The notes under the pieces: generated by a model | What the model saw: only the letters and a program-made list of their open reading frames with translations | What the model was told of the DNA's origin: nothing | The model's database searches: none | Source of the DNA: Octopus vulgaris | Lineage: Eukaryota | Direction: 5' to 3' | Assembly: GCA_951406725.2 (NCBI GenBank) | Contig: OX597832.1 | Span: forward strand, 23,870,001-23,934,000 | Length of the DNA stretch: 64,000 bases | In this document: in pieces, positions 27,643-40,645 of the stretch | How positions within the stretch are numbered: position 1 is the first letter of the stretch | Layout of the letters: every line of letters begins with the position of its first letter | Position numbers and translations under genes: made by a program

Positions 27643-29153
27643 TTTTTAAAGGGCTCAAAACCACTATGTGGTCAGCCATATGCTAGAAGTAGATCACCTA
27701 TATATATATATTATGCACATTATGTGAAGGCACATGACTTAGTGGTTAAGGCTAGGCGTTGTGTTGTGTTCTTGAGCCAAGCACTTCATTTCATCCAGTC
27801 TAGTTCTATTTCTAATTAATTGGGTTATAATTCTCTCCTCAACTTTCATCACCTGGTCCAGCAATTTGATGCCTCTGTGGTGGATCTTGCATGCTTGAAG
27901 TGGATTCGATTGACCACAGCCAAATTTAAATTAACACTGCTACAGAACTTTTCCCACGGTGAAACAATGGTTTTTCTCTGTCAGCAGCTTTACATTTTCC
28001 AGATGCCTTTAGCTAGGCCGAAATAATGTCTTCACCACTTGACCCTTTTTAGCCTCTTCTACTTCACCAAAAGCTAGAATAGAGATAACAAGACCAATAA
28101 CTAAATCTATTGTTCCCAATGATATATCTATCCTTCTGGATAGTTATATAAGAAAGCACACCCCAAGCAAAAATCAGTTAGTCACCAGTCGGTGACGACT
28201 CAGTGAGAACAAAGTCTGGCTGACCAGCTAGAACCTTGGTCAGAGGGAGAAATGAAGTTTACTGTCAGCAACTGTGAGACAATGTCCCACACCATACAAC
28301 TCTCACTAGCTCTAATTCTGTTCTCATACAACATCACTCTATCTCTCTCTGTATTTACTACTAAACAATGAAGAGGACACAAACACAAACTTTACTTCGC
28401 ATGCTTTTGGATTTACACACACACACACACTGGTACTTAATTTATCGACCCTAAAAGGATGAAAAGCAAATCGACATTGGCGGAATTTGAACTCAGAACG
28501 TAAAGACAGACGAAATACCTATCTCTTTATTGCCCATAAGGGGCTACACACAGAGGGGACAAACAAGGACAGACAAACAGATTAAGTCGATTATATCGAC
28601 TCCAGTGTGTAACTGGTACTTAATTAATCGACCCCGAAAGGATGAAAGGCAAAGTCGACCTCGTCGGAATTTGAACTCAGAACGTAAAGACAGACAAAAT
28701 ACCTATTTCTTTACCACCCACAAGGGGCTAAACACAGAGAGGACAAACAAGTTAAGTCGATTATATCGACCCCAGTGCATAACTGGTGCTTATTTAATCG
28801 ACCCTGAAAGGATGGAAGGCAAAGTCAACCTCGGCAGAATTTGAACTCAGAACGTAACAGCAGACGAAATACTGTCAAGCGTTTCGCCTGGCGTGCTAAT
28901 GTTTCTGCCAGCTCGCCACCATCTTGGGGAAATATTACTTTGTTCAGAAACAAATAAGGATTGGTGACAGGAATTGCATCTAGTCCTATAAAATCTGTCA
29001 CAGCAAAAACCATCCGATCCATGCAGGGATAGAAAAACAGAAGTCAAAATAATGATGAAGAGGAGGATGATAGGTGAACTTTTTTTACTATTAATTAGTA
29101 GAAAATTTCAAAAGTGACTCAAGGTCTGAGGCTCTTATGCAGGGCACTTATCA

Positions 29154-29222
29154 ATAGATGGATGGACAAATATATAGCTAGACAGACAGATAGATAGATA
29201 GACAGACAGATAGATACATAGG

Positions 29223-29270
<48 letters not shown>

Positions 29271-29380
29271 TAGATAGATGGATGGATGGACGGACGGACG
29301 GACGGACGGACGGACGGACGGACGGACAGACAGACAGACAGACAGTGAGAAAGAGGTAGGTAGGTAGGTAGGTAGGTAGA
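29154..29380. repeat. Compound (GATA/GACA/GGAC/GGTA)n microsatellite
   Basis: Read directly. Confidence 0.95.
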
Positions 29381-30927
29381 GAATGTGAGAGATATAGGTG
29401 GATAGATACACACACATACATTCTCAGACACACTCACATACTGTTACTGAACATTTCCATAATTGAGGAATCAAACATTTTATATTCTACAGGAAAACTG
29501 ATGTAAAAAAAACTGAGACAGAAAAACAAATACACTATCTTTTAAAAAAAAAATTGTACTGTGAATCCATATAAAATGTTCAAATTGGTTTGAAACACTA
29601 ATTAAAACTTAATGATTGCAGATACTTAAAATTAATAGCATTCTAGAAATGACCAGATCGATACTATAGAGGATTAGGTGCAATCATTCTGTTCACATTT
29701 GGCTATAATTAGTTACACATGTATTTAAGATTTTATCATGGTTCAGCAGAGTAGAGTACAGTTGGTCATTTGGAGGCGCAATGGCCCAGTGGTTAGGGCA
29801 GCGGACTCGCAGTCGGAGGATCGCGGTTTCGATTCCCAGACCGGGCGTTGTGAGTGTTTATTGAGCGACAACACCTAAAGCTCCACGAGGCTCTGGCAGG
29901 GGATGGTGGTGAACCCTGCTGTACTCTTTCACCACAACTTTCTCTCGCTCTTTCTTCCTGTTTCTCTTGTAACTGTATTTCAAAGGGCCAGCCTTGTCAC
30001 AATCTGTGTCACGCTGAATCTCCTCAAGAACTACGTTAAGGGTACACGTGCCTGTGGAGTGCTCGGCCACTTGCACGTTAATATCACGAGCAAGCTGTTC
30101 CATTGATCGTATCAGCTGGGACCCTCATCGTCGCAACCGATGGAGTGCTCCTGCTCCTACAGTTGGTCATTACTCATGGGTGGGCATGGCTTGGTAGATT
30201 GCCCTTTGGTGGATTTCTTATGCTAATTGTTTTAGGTGTGTGTGTGTTTGTAGTAACAAAGAGATTTAGGCACCCTTGAATTTCTCACCTTTGACCTATT
30301 GAAATATGAAGGCACCCAAAGCAATTTGCAAAAGCAAGGTGCAATCCACCTAAATGTAGCATCTAATCACGTATGCTATTGATTTGGTCGTTTCTATAGT
30401 GATGGCTGGAGGGATGAAGGGCAGCATTAGCACCTGCCAGTTACTCGTTTAAAGCAGTAGTGTAGCTGGGTGGGGTTGCAGGTGTGAAGGAAGGTCTGCC
30501 CTGGGTGACGCTTTTGTAGGGGGTGGCACTTTTGGGTTTGCTGTATGAGTCTGTATATAGGCATGGAAATACAGTGTGAGGTGTCAGGTAAACTCAGGAG
30601 CTGCACCAGGCAGCACACACCCTAGCTATGCCATTGATTTAGTTATGAACATTCGTGTGGAACGTTGAGAAAGAGGTGGCTTTAGGGGACGATGTGTGAT
30701 CCGGGGTTAAAAGAAAGAAATGCTCTCAGTGGTCAGATGTTTTCAGGATAGCTGAATTTATCCAAGACTTCATTGATAACAATCTCAATATCCCAATTGG
30801 TCAAAATGAACCATTGTCAAGCAGCTCGGGGCGGTGGAGTCCTCTCTCAAACATGTGGTGCATGAAGACATAAAGTACAAGTTCTACATAATGAAGAAAT
30901 GGCAGTTTCTAATATCTTCTGTCATTA

Positions 30928-32607
30928 TTAACCCTTTCATTACCAACCCGGCTGAAACCGGTTTTGGCTGTGTAGTACAAAAGTCTTATTTTCAAAAATT
31001 CTGCATTAAAATCTTCCTCCAAACCTTAGTCTCAATTTATGTTCCTGACACTAGCTGAATGATAACTAAGTTATTTTACTGAATTCTTTGTTATATTTCA
31101 AATTAATTGAAAGAAACACAGAGCATCTCAACAGAAATATGGTAACAAAAGGGTTAAAATTACCATGATATTTTTAACACTTTTATACCAACCTGGCTGA
31201 AAGCACCACTGGTTCTGTAGTACAAATGTCTTATTTTCAAAAATTTTGCATTAAAATCTTCCTCCAAACCTTAGTCACAATTTATGTTCCTAACACTAGC
31301 TTAATGTTATTTTACTGAATTCTTTGTTATATTCCAAATTAATTGAAAGAAACACAGAGCATCTCAACAGAAATATGGTAACAAAAGGGTTAAAATTACC
31401 ATGATATTTTTAACACTTTTATACCAACCTGGCTGAAAGCACCACTGGTTCTGTAGTACAAATGTCTTATTTTCAAAAATTTTGCATTAAAATCTTCCTC
31501 CAAACCTTAGTCACAATTTATGTTCCTAACACTAGCTTAATGTTATTTTACTGAATTCTTTGTTATATTCCAAATTAATTGAAAGAAACACAGAGCATCT
31601 CAACAGAAATATGGTAACAAAAGGGTTAAAATTACCATGATATTTTTAACACTTTTATACCAACCTGGCTGAAAGCACCACTGGTTCTGTAGTACAAATG
31701 TCTTATTTTCAAAAATTTTGCATTAAAATCTTCCTCCAAACCTTAGTCACAATTTATGTTCCTAACACTAGCTTAATGGTAACTAAGTTATTTTACTGAA
31801 TTCTTTGTTATATTCCAAATTAATTGAAAGAAACACAGAACATCTCAACAGAAATATGGTAACAAAAGGGTTAAAATTACCATGATATTTTTAACACTTT
31901 TATACCAACCTGGCTGAAATCACCTCTGGTTCTGAGTACAAATGTCTTATTTTCAAAAATGTTGCATTAAAATCTTCCTCCAAACCTTAGTCACAATTTA
32001 TGTTCCTGACACTAGCTGAATGATAACTAAGTTATTTTACTGAATTCTTTGTTATATTTCAAATTAATTGAAAGAAACACAGAGCATCTCAACAGAAATA
32101 TGGTAACAAAAGGGTTAAAATTACCATGATATTTTTAACACTTTTATACCAACCTGGCTGAAAGCACCACTGGTTCTGTAGTACAAATGTCTTATTTTCA
32201 AAAATTTTGCATTAAAATCTTCCTCTAAACCTTAGTCACAATTTATGTTCCTAACACTAGCTTAATGGTAACTAAGTTATTTTACTGAATTCTTTGTTAT
32301 ATTCCAAATTAATTGAAAGAAACACAGAACATCTCAACAGAAATATGGTAACAAAAGGGTTAAAATTACCATGATATTTTTAACACTTTTATACCAACCT
32401 GGCTGAAATCACCTCTGGTTCTGAGTACAAATGTCTTATTTTCAAAAATGTTGCATTAAAATCTTCCTCCAAACCTTAGTCACAATTTATGTTCCTGACA
32501 CTAGCTTAATGATAACTAAGTTATTTTACTGAATTCTTTGTTATATTTTAAATTAATTGAAAGAAACACAGAGCATCTCAACAGAAATATGGTAAGGAAA
32601 GGGTTAA
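30928..32607. repeat. Tandem array of 7 x ~240-bp TTAA-flanked (piggyBac-type) MITE units with constant spacer
   Basis: Outer ends ttaacccttt...aaagggttaa; spacer aattaccatgatattt between units. Confidence 0.9.
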
Positions 32608-33723
32608 GCTGGTGTTTGGAACATAAATTAACAGGAAATTTTGATGGAATGTTCTAATTTAGATCATTTTAAATTTAAAAAGTGGAGGCGCATGGATATG
32701 AAGTGTCTAGCACAAGGATATAACATGCTGGGAAAATATGGGTGGAGGAAGGATTTCCAGAAGTTTGTAATTTGGGGCAGAAAAAAAAGCCGGGAGAAAT
32801 GTTTTGAACAGAATTTGAGATACAGTAAAGCCAAGGCATCGAGGTGCAATGGCCCAGTGGTTAGGGCAGCGGACTCGCGGTTTCGATTCCCAGACCGGGT
32901 GTTTTGTGTTTATTGAGCGAAAGCACCTAAAAGCTCCACAAGGTTCCGGCAGTGTGGGGGGGCACCCTTGTTGTACTCTTTCGCCCCAACTTTCTCTCAC
33001 TCTCTCTTCCTATTTCTTGAGTAACGCTGCGATGGACTGGCGTCCCGTCCAGCTGGGGGGTAAAACATAAGCCACAGAAGCCGGGAAACCGGGTCCATGA
33101 GCCTGGCTAGGCTTGAAAAGGGCGTATAAATAAATAAATAAAAGCCAAGGCACATGGACTGGTGGTTAAAGTTTGGTATTCACGATCGCTCGTTCGTGGT
33201 TTCGCTTTCCCGGACCGGGCAGTGTGTTATATTCTTGAATAAAACGCTTCGTTTCGCGTTACTTCGGTTGGTTCACTCGCCTGTAAAAGAGTTAAGCTCG
33301 CGGCGCAATGGCTTCACGTTTAGGTGGGGAGTGCTGTGATCTTGGTCACTTATATGCCATGGAAACCTGATAATCGGTCCCATATGTCCTAGGACCCGAG
33401 GCAGGAATATCCAGGGATTGACCATGATGAAGGTGATGATGATGACGAGACACAGAAAGGTTGATGGCAGGAGAAACTCGACGAGTCGTAGGGGGCCGAG
33501 TCGATGTTCTATAGAATGTAAACAAACATGATTAAATAGCACAGAGTTATTTGTCTGTTGTTTTCTGTTCTTTTTCAACCGTTCACCAACATTTCTGAAG
33601 TCAAACCCCGATATGCTTCTCGACACAGGAACAGGGCCCACGAATTTCAGAAATGGAGCAATCAATTAAATCGTAATCAATTTTAATTCAGAGCTTCTTA
33701 CTAAGGGCAGGTAACCTGTTTCT

Positions 33724-33738
33724 GTTACCATTAGCAAC
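33724..33738. promoter_or_regulatory. RFX X-box-like motif GTTACCATTAGCAAC
   Basis: Fits GTYNCY-N(1-3)-RGYAAC; second half-site GTTGCTA about 35 bp downstream; 5.3 kb upstream of LRRC34 ATG. Confidence 0.45.
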
Positions 33739-35021
33739 TAAAACCGTCAACAAAGTACTGGTTGCTACCTTAGCTACTTAAATGCCTTTTATTAAAAAGA
33801 GGAGGGTAAAAAGAAAATAAACTCCCTGAGGTATTTTGTTTTTGTATTTCGATTCCTTTTATCAACTACTTTTGAGTAAACCCTATCGCAAACTTTAAAA
33901 CCTTAATAATTTAAGTGCCTTCCAGGAGGTCAGTACAGAGAGAGAGCACCTCATAGAAAAATATATAATTATTTGTATGTTTGTTTTTATTATTACTGGC
34001 CTTGTGCCTTGAAATAGAAACCAAAATTAGATCCCCCCCCACCCTTATTTTTCGTTCCACCGAGGCGGGGAGCTGGCAGAATCGTTAGCACGCCGGGCAA
34101 AATGCTTAGCGGCATTTCGTACGTTTTTATGTTCTGAGTTCGAATTCCGGCCGAGGTCGACTTTGCCTTTCGTCCTTTTTGGTGTCAATAAAATAAGCAC
34201 CAGTCGGGCACTGGAGTCGATATTATCACCTTAACCTCTCTCCATAATTTCAGACCTTGTACCTGTGGTGGAAAGGTACATTATTATTATTATTATTATT
34301 GCGGTGATCAACGGCCCCCATTTCTTTTTAAATTTTTTATAAGACTCTAGCTGCGATATCGTGATTTTTCATGCTTTCCTTAACATGTCACAGGTGAAGA
34401 CGAAGTGAAATGTCATGAAGCGAGACAGCAAACCTGTTCGTTCTACTAATGGGCTCGGCGGGAGATTATTGCTCGTTCTGTGATGTGCGTCATTGAATGA
34501 GATATACATATGCATGCCTATGTATTATTCATTCACTGAAACAAATGTGTATAAACAGCAGGATTTCGATTATAAATTCTGTCTCAGGATATAGGCACCA
34601 CTCTTATACATAAGTCTTAAAGCTAATCAAAAGGGGTTGACTTTGATTTTTGATTTTTTTCGTGTTCTTTCCTTTCTCTTTTATATTTATGACAAGAAAA
34701 ATCTGTTGGCGAAATGATTAAGAGATAACAGAATATCGATTTTGGCACCTGTCCTTTTAAGTTAAAAGGAAGACTGCTATTTTCTGTTAAGGTAAAAAAA
34801 AAAAGAATGCAAGAAGTATTCCACTTTGTTGGGGAGTACTGACTAGATATTTTTATTACTAGGCACTGATCCAATTTTGGCAGGTTTACAGTGCAATCGC
34901 AGCCCTAAATAAGCCCTGATCATACAAACCTATAATCAATGGTATATCAGGAATAATCGTTCTGTCTTTATTTATAACAGAGGTTGTTGATCTACATGTC
35001 CTTCGTTTTTTATTCTTTTTC

Positions 35022-35553
35022 TTGGCATCACTCAGCAAGACTTTTGTTAGCCGCTCTCCAGCCATCTATTTAAAACTGTATACAGCTATGGTACGACCAC
35101 ACTTGGAATTCGCATCATCAGTTTGGAATCCCTATCTTGCTCAGAACATTGACCTCCTGGAATCTGTCCAGAGACGTGCAACCAAACGCATACCCTCCAT
35201 CAGACACCTACCATATTCTGAGCGCCTTGTTTCCCTGGGCATGGATTCACTGAAGCTCCGGCGTCTGGCGACGGACTTGGTAAACACCCACAAGGTTATC
35301 AACCACCTCACCAACAACAACACTGAACACCTTTTTGATCTCCATGTGTCTAACACACGTGGACATGCCTACAAAGTCAGAAAACAGCACAGCTCCCATG
35401 ACTTTCGGAAACATTTTTTCACGCTCAGAGTTGCTGAAGCGTGGAATAAACTGCCTGCGTTTAAGGCCCTCATGCTTCCCGAAATCCGTCGAAACTACAC
35501 CTGATTATATATACACTTTAGATGAGTTGTAGTGCACCTGAGCACTGTACACA

Positions 35554-35598
<45 letters not shown>
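35022..35598 (+). mobile_element. 5'-truncated CR1-clade LINE 3' end with (TTA)n tail
   Basis: LY..MVRPHLEFASSVWNPY, LESVQRRATK, TRGH, FF..RV...WN.LP motifs. Confidence 0.9.
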
Positions 35599-35600
<2 letters not shown>

Positions 35601-36712
35601 GATAGTTTGAGTTGTTTCTAGCAAGTCATATGAGGGAGGAATTCTGTTTTAAGTACGGCATAACTTTTTATTTTTTAGGAATTTTCAGAAATTTTTTGCG
35701 AATGTCGGGCATAAAGCTGAATGCCGCTCAAATAGCCGCGAAAAAGCTCGGTGGTGAGTAGGTTTGATATTTAGGCATAACTACAGTTTAGTGCCCCACC
35801 AACCCATTTGACTTTGTTTTTCCATAACTTATTAAAATGGGCATTTAAAAAATGTCGTAGCACACGTTTCCGTCGATTTCCTCCGTCGATTGTCGATTTC
35901 CGTAAAAAATGTAAACACTGAATCGGCCATACATACATACATACATACATACATACATACACACATACATACACACACACATACATACACACACACACAT
36001 ACATAGATACATACACACACACACATACATGCAGACATACATATACACTGAATCGGCCATACATACATACACACACACATACTTACACACACACACATAC
36101 ATACACACACACATACATAGATACATACACACACACACATACATATACACATACACCGAGTAAAAAATTTCAGTTATCTCTCTCTTTCACACATTACTCT
36201 CTCTGTCTCTTCGCACACACTAACAGAAGCACTTCACTTACACAACATACTGTCTGTCTCCCACACCCCATCAAACACACACACGGGGACTTCAAAAAGA
36301 AATTCCCTCGTCATAAAATCGCTTCCTCTTAGTCTCTTTCGCTCTCATTACTTCAAATATTCCCGCAAAGCCATATGTAAAAAAATAAAAGTTTTTTACG
36401 GAAATCGACGGAAACGTGTGCTACGACAAACGAAACTTTGCCAAAAAAATTTTCTTTTTAAACATTTTCATAGGGTCGAGAATTTCAGATCATTTTCTCC
36501 TTTCCACTGACTCTGTCACCATCAATTTCCGCGATTTTGGCATTTTTGAAGTACTTTTTCGGATCTATATATTTGAAATATTAACCAACCACATGGTTCC
36601 GGGTTCAGTCCCACTGCGCGGCATCTTGGGCAAGTGCCTTCTGCTATAGCCCCGGGCCGACCAATGCCTTGTGAGTGGATTTGGTAGACGGAAACTGAAA
36701 GAAGCCTGTCGT

Positions 36713-36762
<50 letters not shown>

Positions 36763-37207
36763 TTGTGTGTCTGTGTTTGTCCCCCTAAGCATTGCTTGAC
36801 AACCGATGCTGGTGTGTTTACGTCCCCGTCACTTAGCGTTTCGGCAAAAAGAGAACGATAGAATAAGTACTGGGCTTACAAAGAATAAGTCCCGGGGTTG
36901 ATTTGCTCGACTAAAAGGCGGTGCTCCAGCATGGCCGCAGTCAAATGACTGAAACAAGAAAAAGTAAATTCTATAACTAGCAGCTTCGAAAATGAATTTC
37001 TATAAAATGTCATTTAAAATTATGCAAATTAAAGACAGTCCTGAAGGTGGGGCTGAGACCCTAATATTATCGACATAACCGTTGTCCACACCCACGAAAG
37101 CATATCGATGTACAATTTCATTTTAAAATATAACCATTTCCCGAAAAGTTATGAGAACACAAAATTAGGTGGGGCACCAAACTGTGGACTTGCTTGTTTC
37201 TTATTTC

Positions 37208-38061
37208 GGATCTTTTCCTTTTGAACGGCAGACAATTTCTAGTTAACTAAACACTTTAAAACTTCGTATACTGGTAGAATGTGTCAAAATAAAACATCTT
37301 TTTTTCTCTTGGCTTTCTTGAGAAAATTGTAATTTGTTTGTTTAACCCTTTAGTGTTCAGATTATTCTATCAAACATAATGCTTATTGATTCCCATTGAT
37401 TTGAATTAATCATGCATTATCTCATATCTTCAAGATCTTGATGGTGTAATTACTTAATGTAGAATAACATTGTAGGGTAGGTGTAAGAGCCTGGATCTGA
37501 TCAGTCTGAACATAAAACAGATTAAATATTTTGGCCGGATATGGCCGGTTTAAATACTAAAGGGTTAACGTAGTTTAATTTTTCGAATTTTAACCAATCC
37601 TATGCTCTCTTTTGAGCTAAAATCATTTGCTGCGTCTAAAACTGAGACAACATCCTGTAACTAACCCTAAACCTCCCCCTAACCTTAAATTTTTTTTTCT
37701 TAATTGTTAAATTAATTTAATTGTTATGCATGTAAAAAAACTAAAGCAATGGAATTAAATTAATTTAACAATTAAGAAAAAAAAATTAGGGTTAGGGTTA
37801 GGGGGGAGGTTTAGGGTTAGTTACAGGATGTCTCAGCTTTAGACGCAGCAAATGATTTTAGTTGAATGGAGGTAATCGATTGGTTAAAATTGCCGAAATG
37901 CTCGGATTTTCAGACGAAATATCTTACAAACTATAGAATTTTCTCAATAAAACCAAGAGAAAATGATGTTTTATAAACACATTCTACCAGTATACGAAGT
38001 TTAAAAGTGTTCAGTTAACTAGAAATTGTGTTGACATCTGCCGTTCAAAAGGAAAAGATCC
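37208..38061. mobile_element. Foldback member of the GGATC-TIR family, 8-bp TSD cttatttc, telomere-like centre, nested TTAA MITE
   Basis: TSD at 37200-37207 and 38062-38069; long inverted arms. Confidence 0.85.
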
Positions 38062-38180
38062 CTTATTTCTTTTGAAGGACCTAAAAGTTGATGCCAGCGG
38101 TATTTCTGAAACCAATAAACCCTAACACTCTAAGATCAAAATATTAACTACCATAAGTTAATGGTTGTAGCAAATACTTT

Positions 38181-38775
38181 GGATCTTTTCGGTTTGAACG
38201 TCAGTTTTTTCTAGTGGTGTCATATGAAATTGTCACCCATAATTATGACCCTAGTATCGATCTATTGCATTTCAATGTTTTAAGATTAGGGTTAGTTAGG
38301 GTTAGGGGTGGGGGAAGGGTATCTTTTTTTCTTCAGAAATGTAAATAAACCCAATCTGTTTCTTAAACGAGGGACATATTCATACAGCACAGAATGTTTT
38401 TTACCTCAATAGACGTCAGTGATTGGTTGAAATTGCACAAATTGAAGAAAAAAAAACGGCAGTTTTTAACATAATTTCCACATAACTAAACACTTTTAAA
38501 CTTCATATACTGGTAGAATGTGTTTATAAAACATCTTTTTCTCTTGGCTTTATTGAGAAAATTCTACAGTTTGTAAGATATTTGTTGTTGTTTTTTTCTT
38601 CAAATTCTGCAATTTCAACTGATCAATGACGTCTATTGAGGTAAAAAAAAACATTCTGTGCCGTATGAATATGTCCCTCATTTAAGAAACAGATTGGGTT
38701 TATTTACATTTGTGAAGAAAAAAAGATACCCTTCCCCCACCCCTAACCCTAACCCTAAAACAGATTGAAATGTAA
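38181..38775. mobile_element. Rearranged GGATC-TIR family element with internal inverted duplication
   Basis: About 38270-38455 is the reverse complement of about 38590-38772; TTAGGG/CCCTAA motifs. Confidence 0.75.
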
Positions 38776-39040
38776 AGTAAGAATAATCCCATTGAAATCT
38801 CACAGCTACGAGATAATCCATGATTAATTGAAAACCATGTGAATAAATATAAGCCTTACCTTTGACAGAATCATGTGAATTGCTAAAGGGTTAACCATTT
38901 CTTCCTCGTGATGGCAATGTTTTATTTTAGCTTTATTCTTCATTTCTTGTTTCTTTTTTTATATATATATATATATATTTTATATTTTTTCATTTAAAAA
39001 ATATGATCAAGAAGTAGTTAGAAGAGAGACAAGCTTCACC

Positions 39041-39150
39041 ATGGACGAAAGTGACCATCTTTTGGAAAAATGTCGGAAAGCATATCGGGAGTGTTTTGAA
39101 AAAGAACCTCACCCATTGATAGTTCAAGCAATAAAGCACCAGTCAAATCA
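39041..39150 (+). CDS. LRRC34: LRRC34 coding exon 1 (MDESDHLLEKCRKAYRECFEKEPHPLIVQAIKHQSN, phase 2)
   Basis: Kozak-like ttcaccATGG; open frame to CA|gtaagt; phase matches exon 2. Confidence 0.8.
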
Positions 39151-39157
39151 GTAAGTG

Positions 39158-39193
<36 letters not shown>

Positions 39194-39540
39194 ATAATAA
39201 TAATAATAATAATAATAATAGTGAATTTGGTAGACGGAAACTGAAAGAAGCCTGTCGTATATATGTATATATATATATATGTATGTGTGTGTATATGTTT
39301 GTGTGTCTGTGTTTGTCCTCCTAGCATTGCTTGACAACCGATGCTGGTGTATTTACGCCCCCGTAACTTAGCGGTTCGGCAAAAGAGACCGATAGAATAA
39401 GTACTAGGCTTACAAAGAATAAGTCCCGGGGTCGATTTGCTCAACTAAAGGCGTTGCTCCAGCATGGCCGCGGTCAAATGACTGAAACAAGTAAAAGAGT
39501 AAAAAGAGAATAATAATAATGATAATAATAATAATAATAA

Positions 39541-40252
39541 TTTTCCTTCTTTCCTCCTCTTCCTCCAGGCCCCTCCCCTCTTTCATCTTCTTTCTTCCTA
39601 CTCCCTGTCTTCTTTTTTCTTCTTCACTGTCGTCTTCTCCTCCCCTTCTCCTTCTCCTCCTTTTCTTCCTTCTTCTTCTCCTCATTCTCATCCTTCTTCT
39701 TCACATTCTCCTTCATCTCATTCTTCTTCTTCTCCTCCTCCTCTTCCTCCTCCTACCCCTCCTCTTCATCCTTCTTCTTCTCCTCCTCCTCTTCTTCATC
39801 CTTCTCCTCTTCATCCCCATCCTTTTTCTTCTTCTCTTTCTCCCCTTCTCCTCTTCATCCTCCTCCTCCTCCTCTTCTTCATCCTTCTTCTCCTCCACCT
39901 CCTCCTCCTTCTCTTCATCCCCATCCTTCTCCTCCTCTTCTTCATCCTTCTTCTCCTCCACCTCCTCCTCCTTCTCTTCATCCTCATCCTTCTCCTCCTC
40001 ATCCTTCTCCTCCTCTTCTTCATCCTTCTTCTCCTTCCCTCCTACTCCTTCTCTCCTTCGTCCTCTTCTCCTTCTCCTCTTCATTCTCATCCTCATCCTT
40101 TTTCTTCTTCTCCTTCTCCCCTTCTTCCACCCATCCATCTTCTTCTTCTCCTCATTCGTCTTCTCTTTCTTCTCCCCTTCATTCTTCTCCTCCTTCTCCT
40201 TCTCCTTCTTCTTCTTCTTCTTCATCCTCACCCTTCTCCTCCACCTCCTTCC
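39541..40252. repeat. (CTT/CCT)n polypyrimidine tract in LRRC34 intron 1
   Basis: Read directly. Confidence 0.95.
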
Positions 40253-40645
40253 ATGTACGAGCATTTGTGTCTCCAGGTCTCTCCATGCATGCTAACCGTT
40301 GGCAAAAATCACTGTTCGTACCAAACAAAAACAGTGCCATTTATTTCCATTAAACCCTTTGTATTCAAACAATTAGAAGAGATATTACTTTGGTTGGGAA
40401 CCGGTTCGGGTTGGCAACAGGAAGAGCATCCACCCATAGAAAAACCTTTGCCAAAATATTTCCTGTCTGATCCATGTAAGCTTGGAAAAACGGACATTAA
40501 AACAATAACAATGAGGATGATAACAGCTGTTTAGCTTAATCCTTTCACTATATCGCAAACTTAATCCTATTGACCATATCAACATGATAATCCGTTAACT
40601 GCATTGAACAAATCAATCTAGAAACTAATCTTATGCATCTTAAAT

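Noticed and set aside
30928-32607. CRISPR-like repeat/spacer appearance
   Set aside because: Eukaryotic context, 240-bp units, identical spacers, no cas genes
37655-37825. CTAACCCTAA as a possible telomerase RNA template (vertebrate TERC lies near LRRC34)
   Set aside because: Lies inside a multi-copy TIR element with TSD and occurs in both orientations; no pseudoknot or H/ACA features recognised
39410-40295. Poly-S/L and poly-E/K/R ORFs; similar ORFs at 12037-12611, 26215-26760, 48863-49208, 50395-51607
   Set aside because: Simple-sequence tracts without splice or domain support
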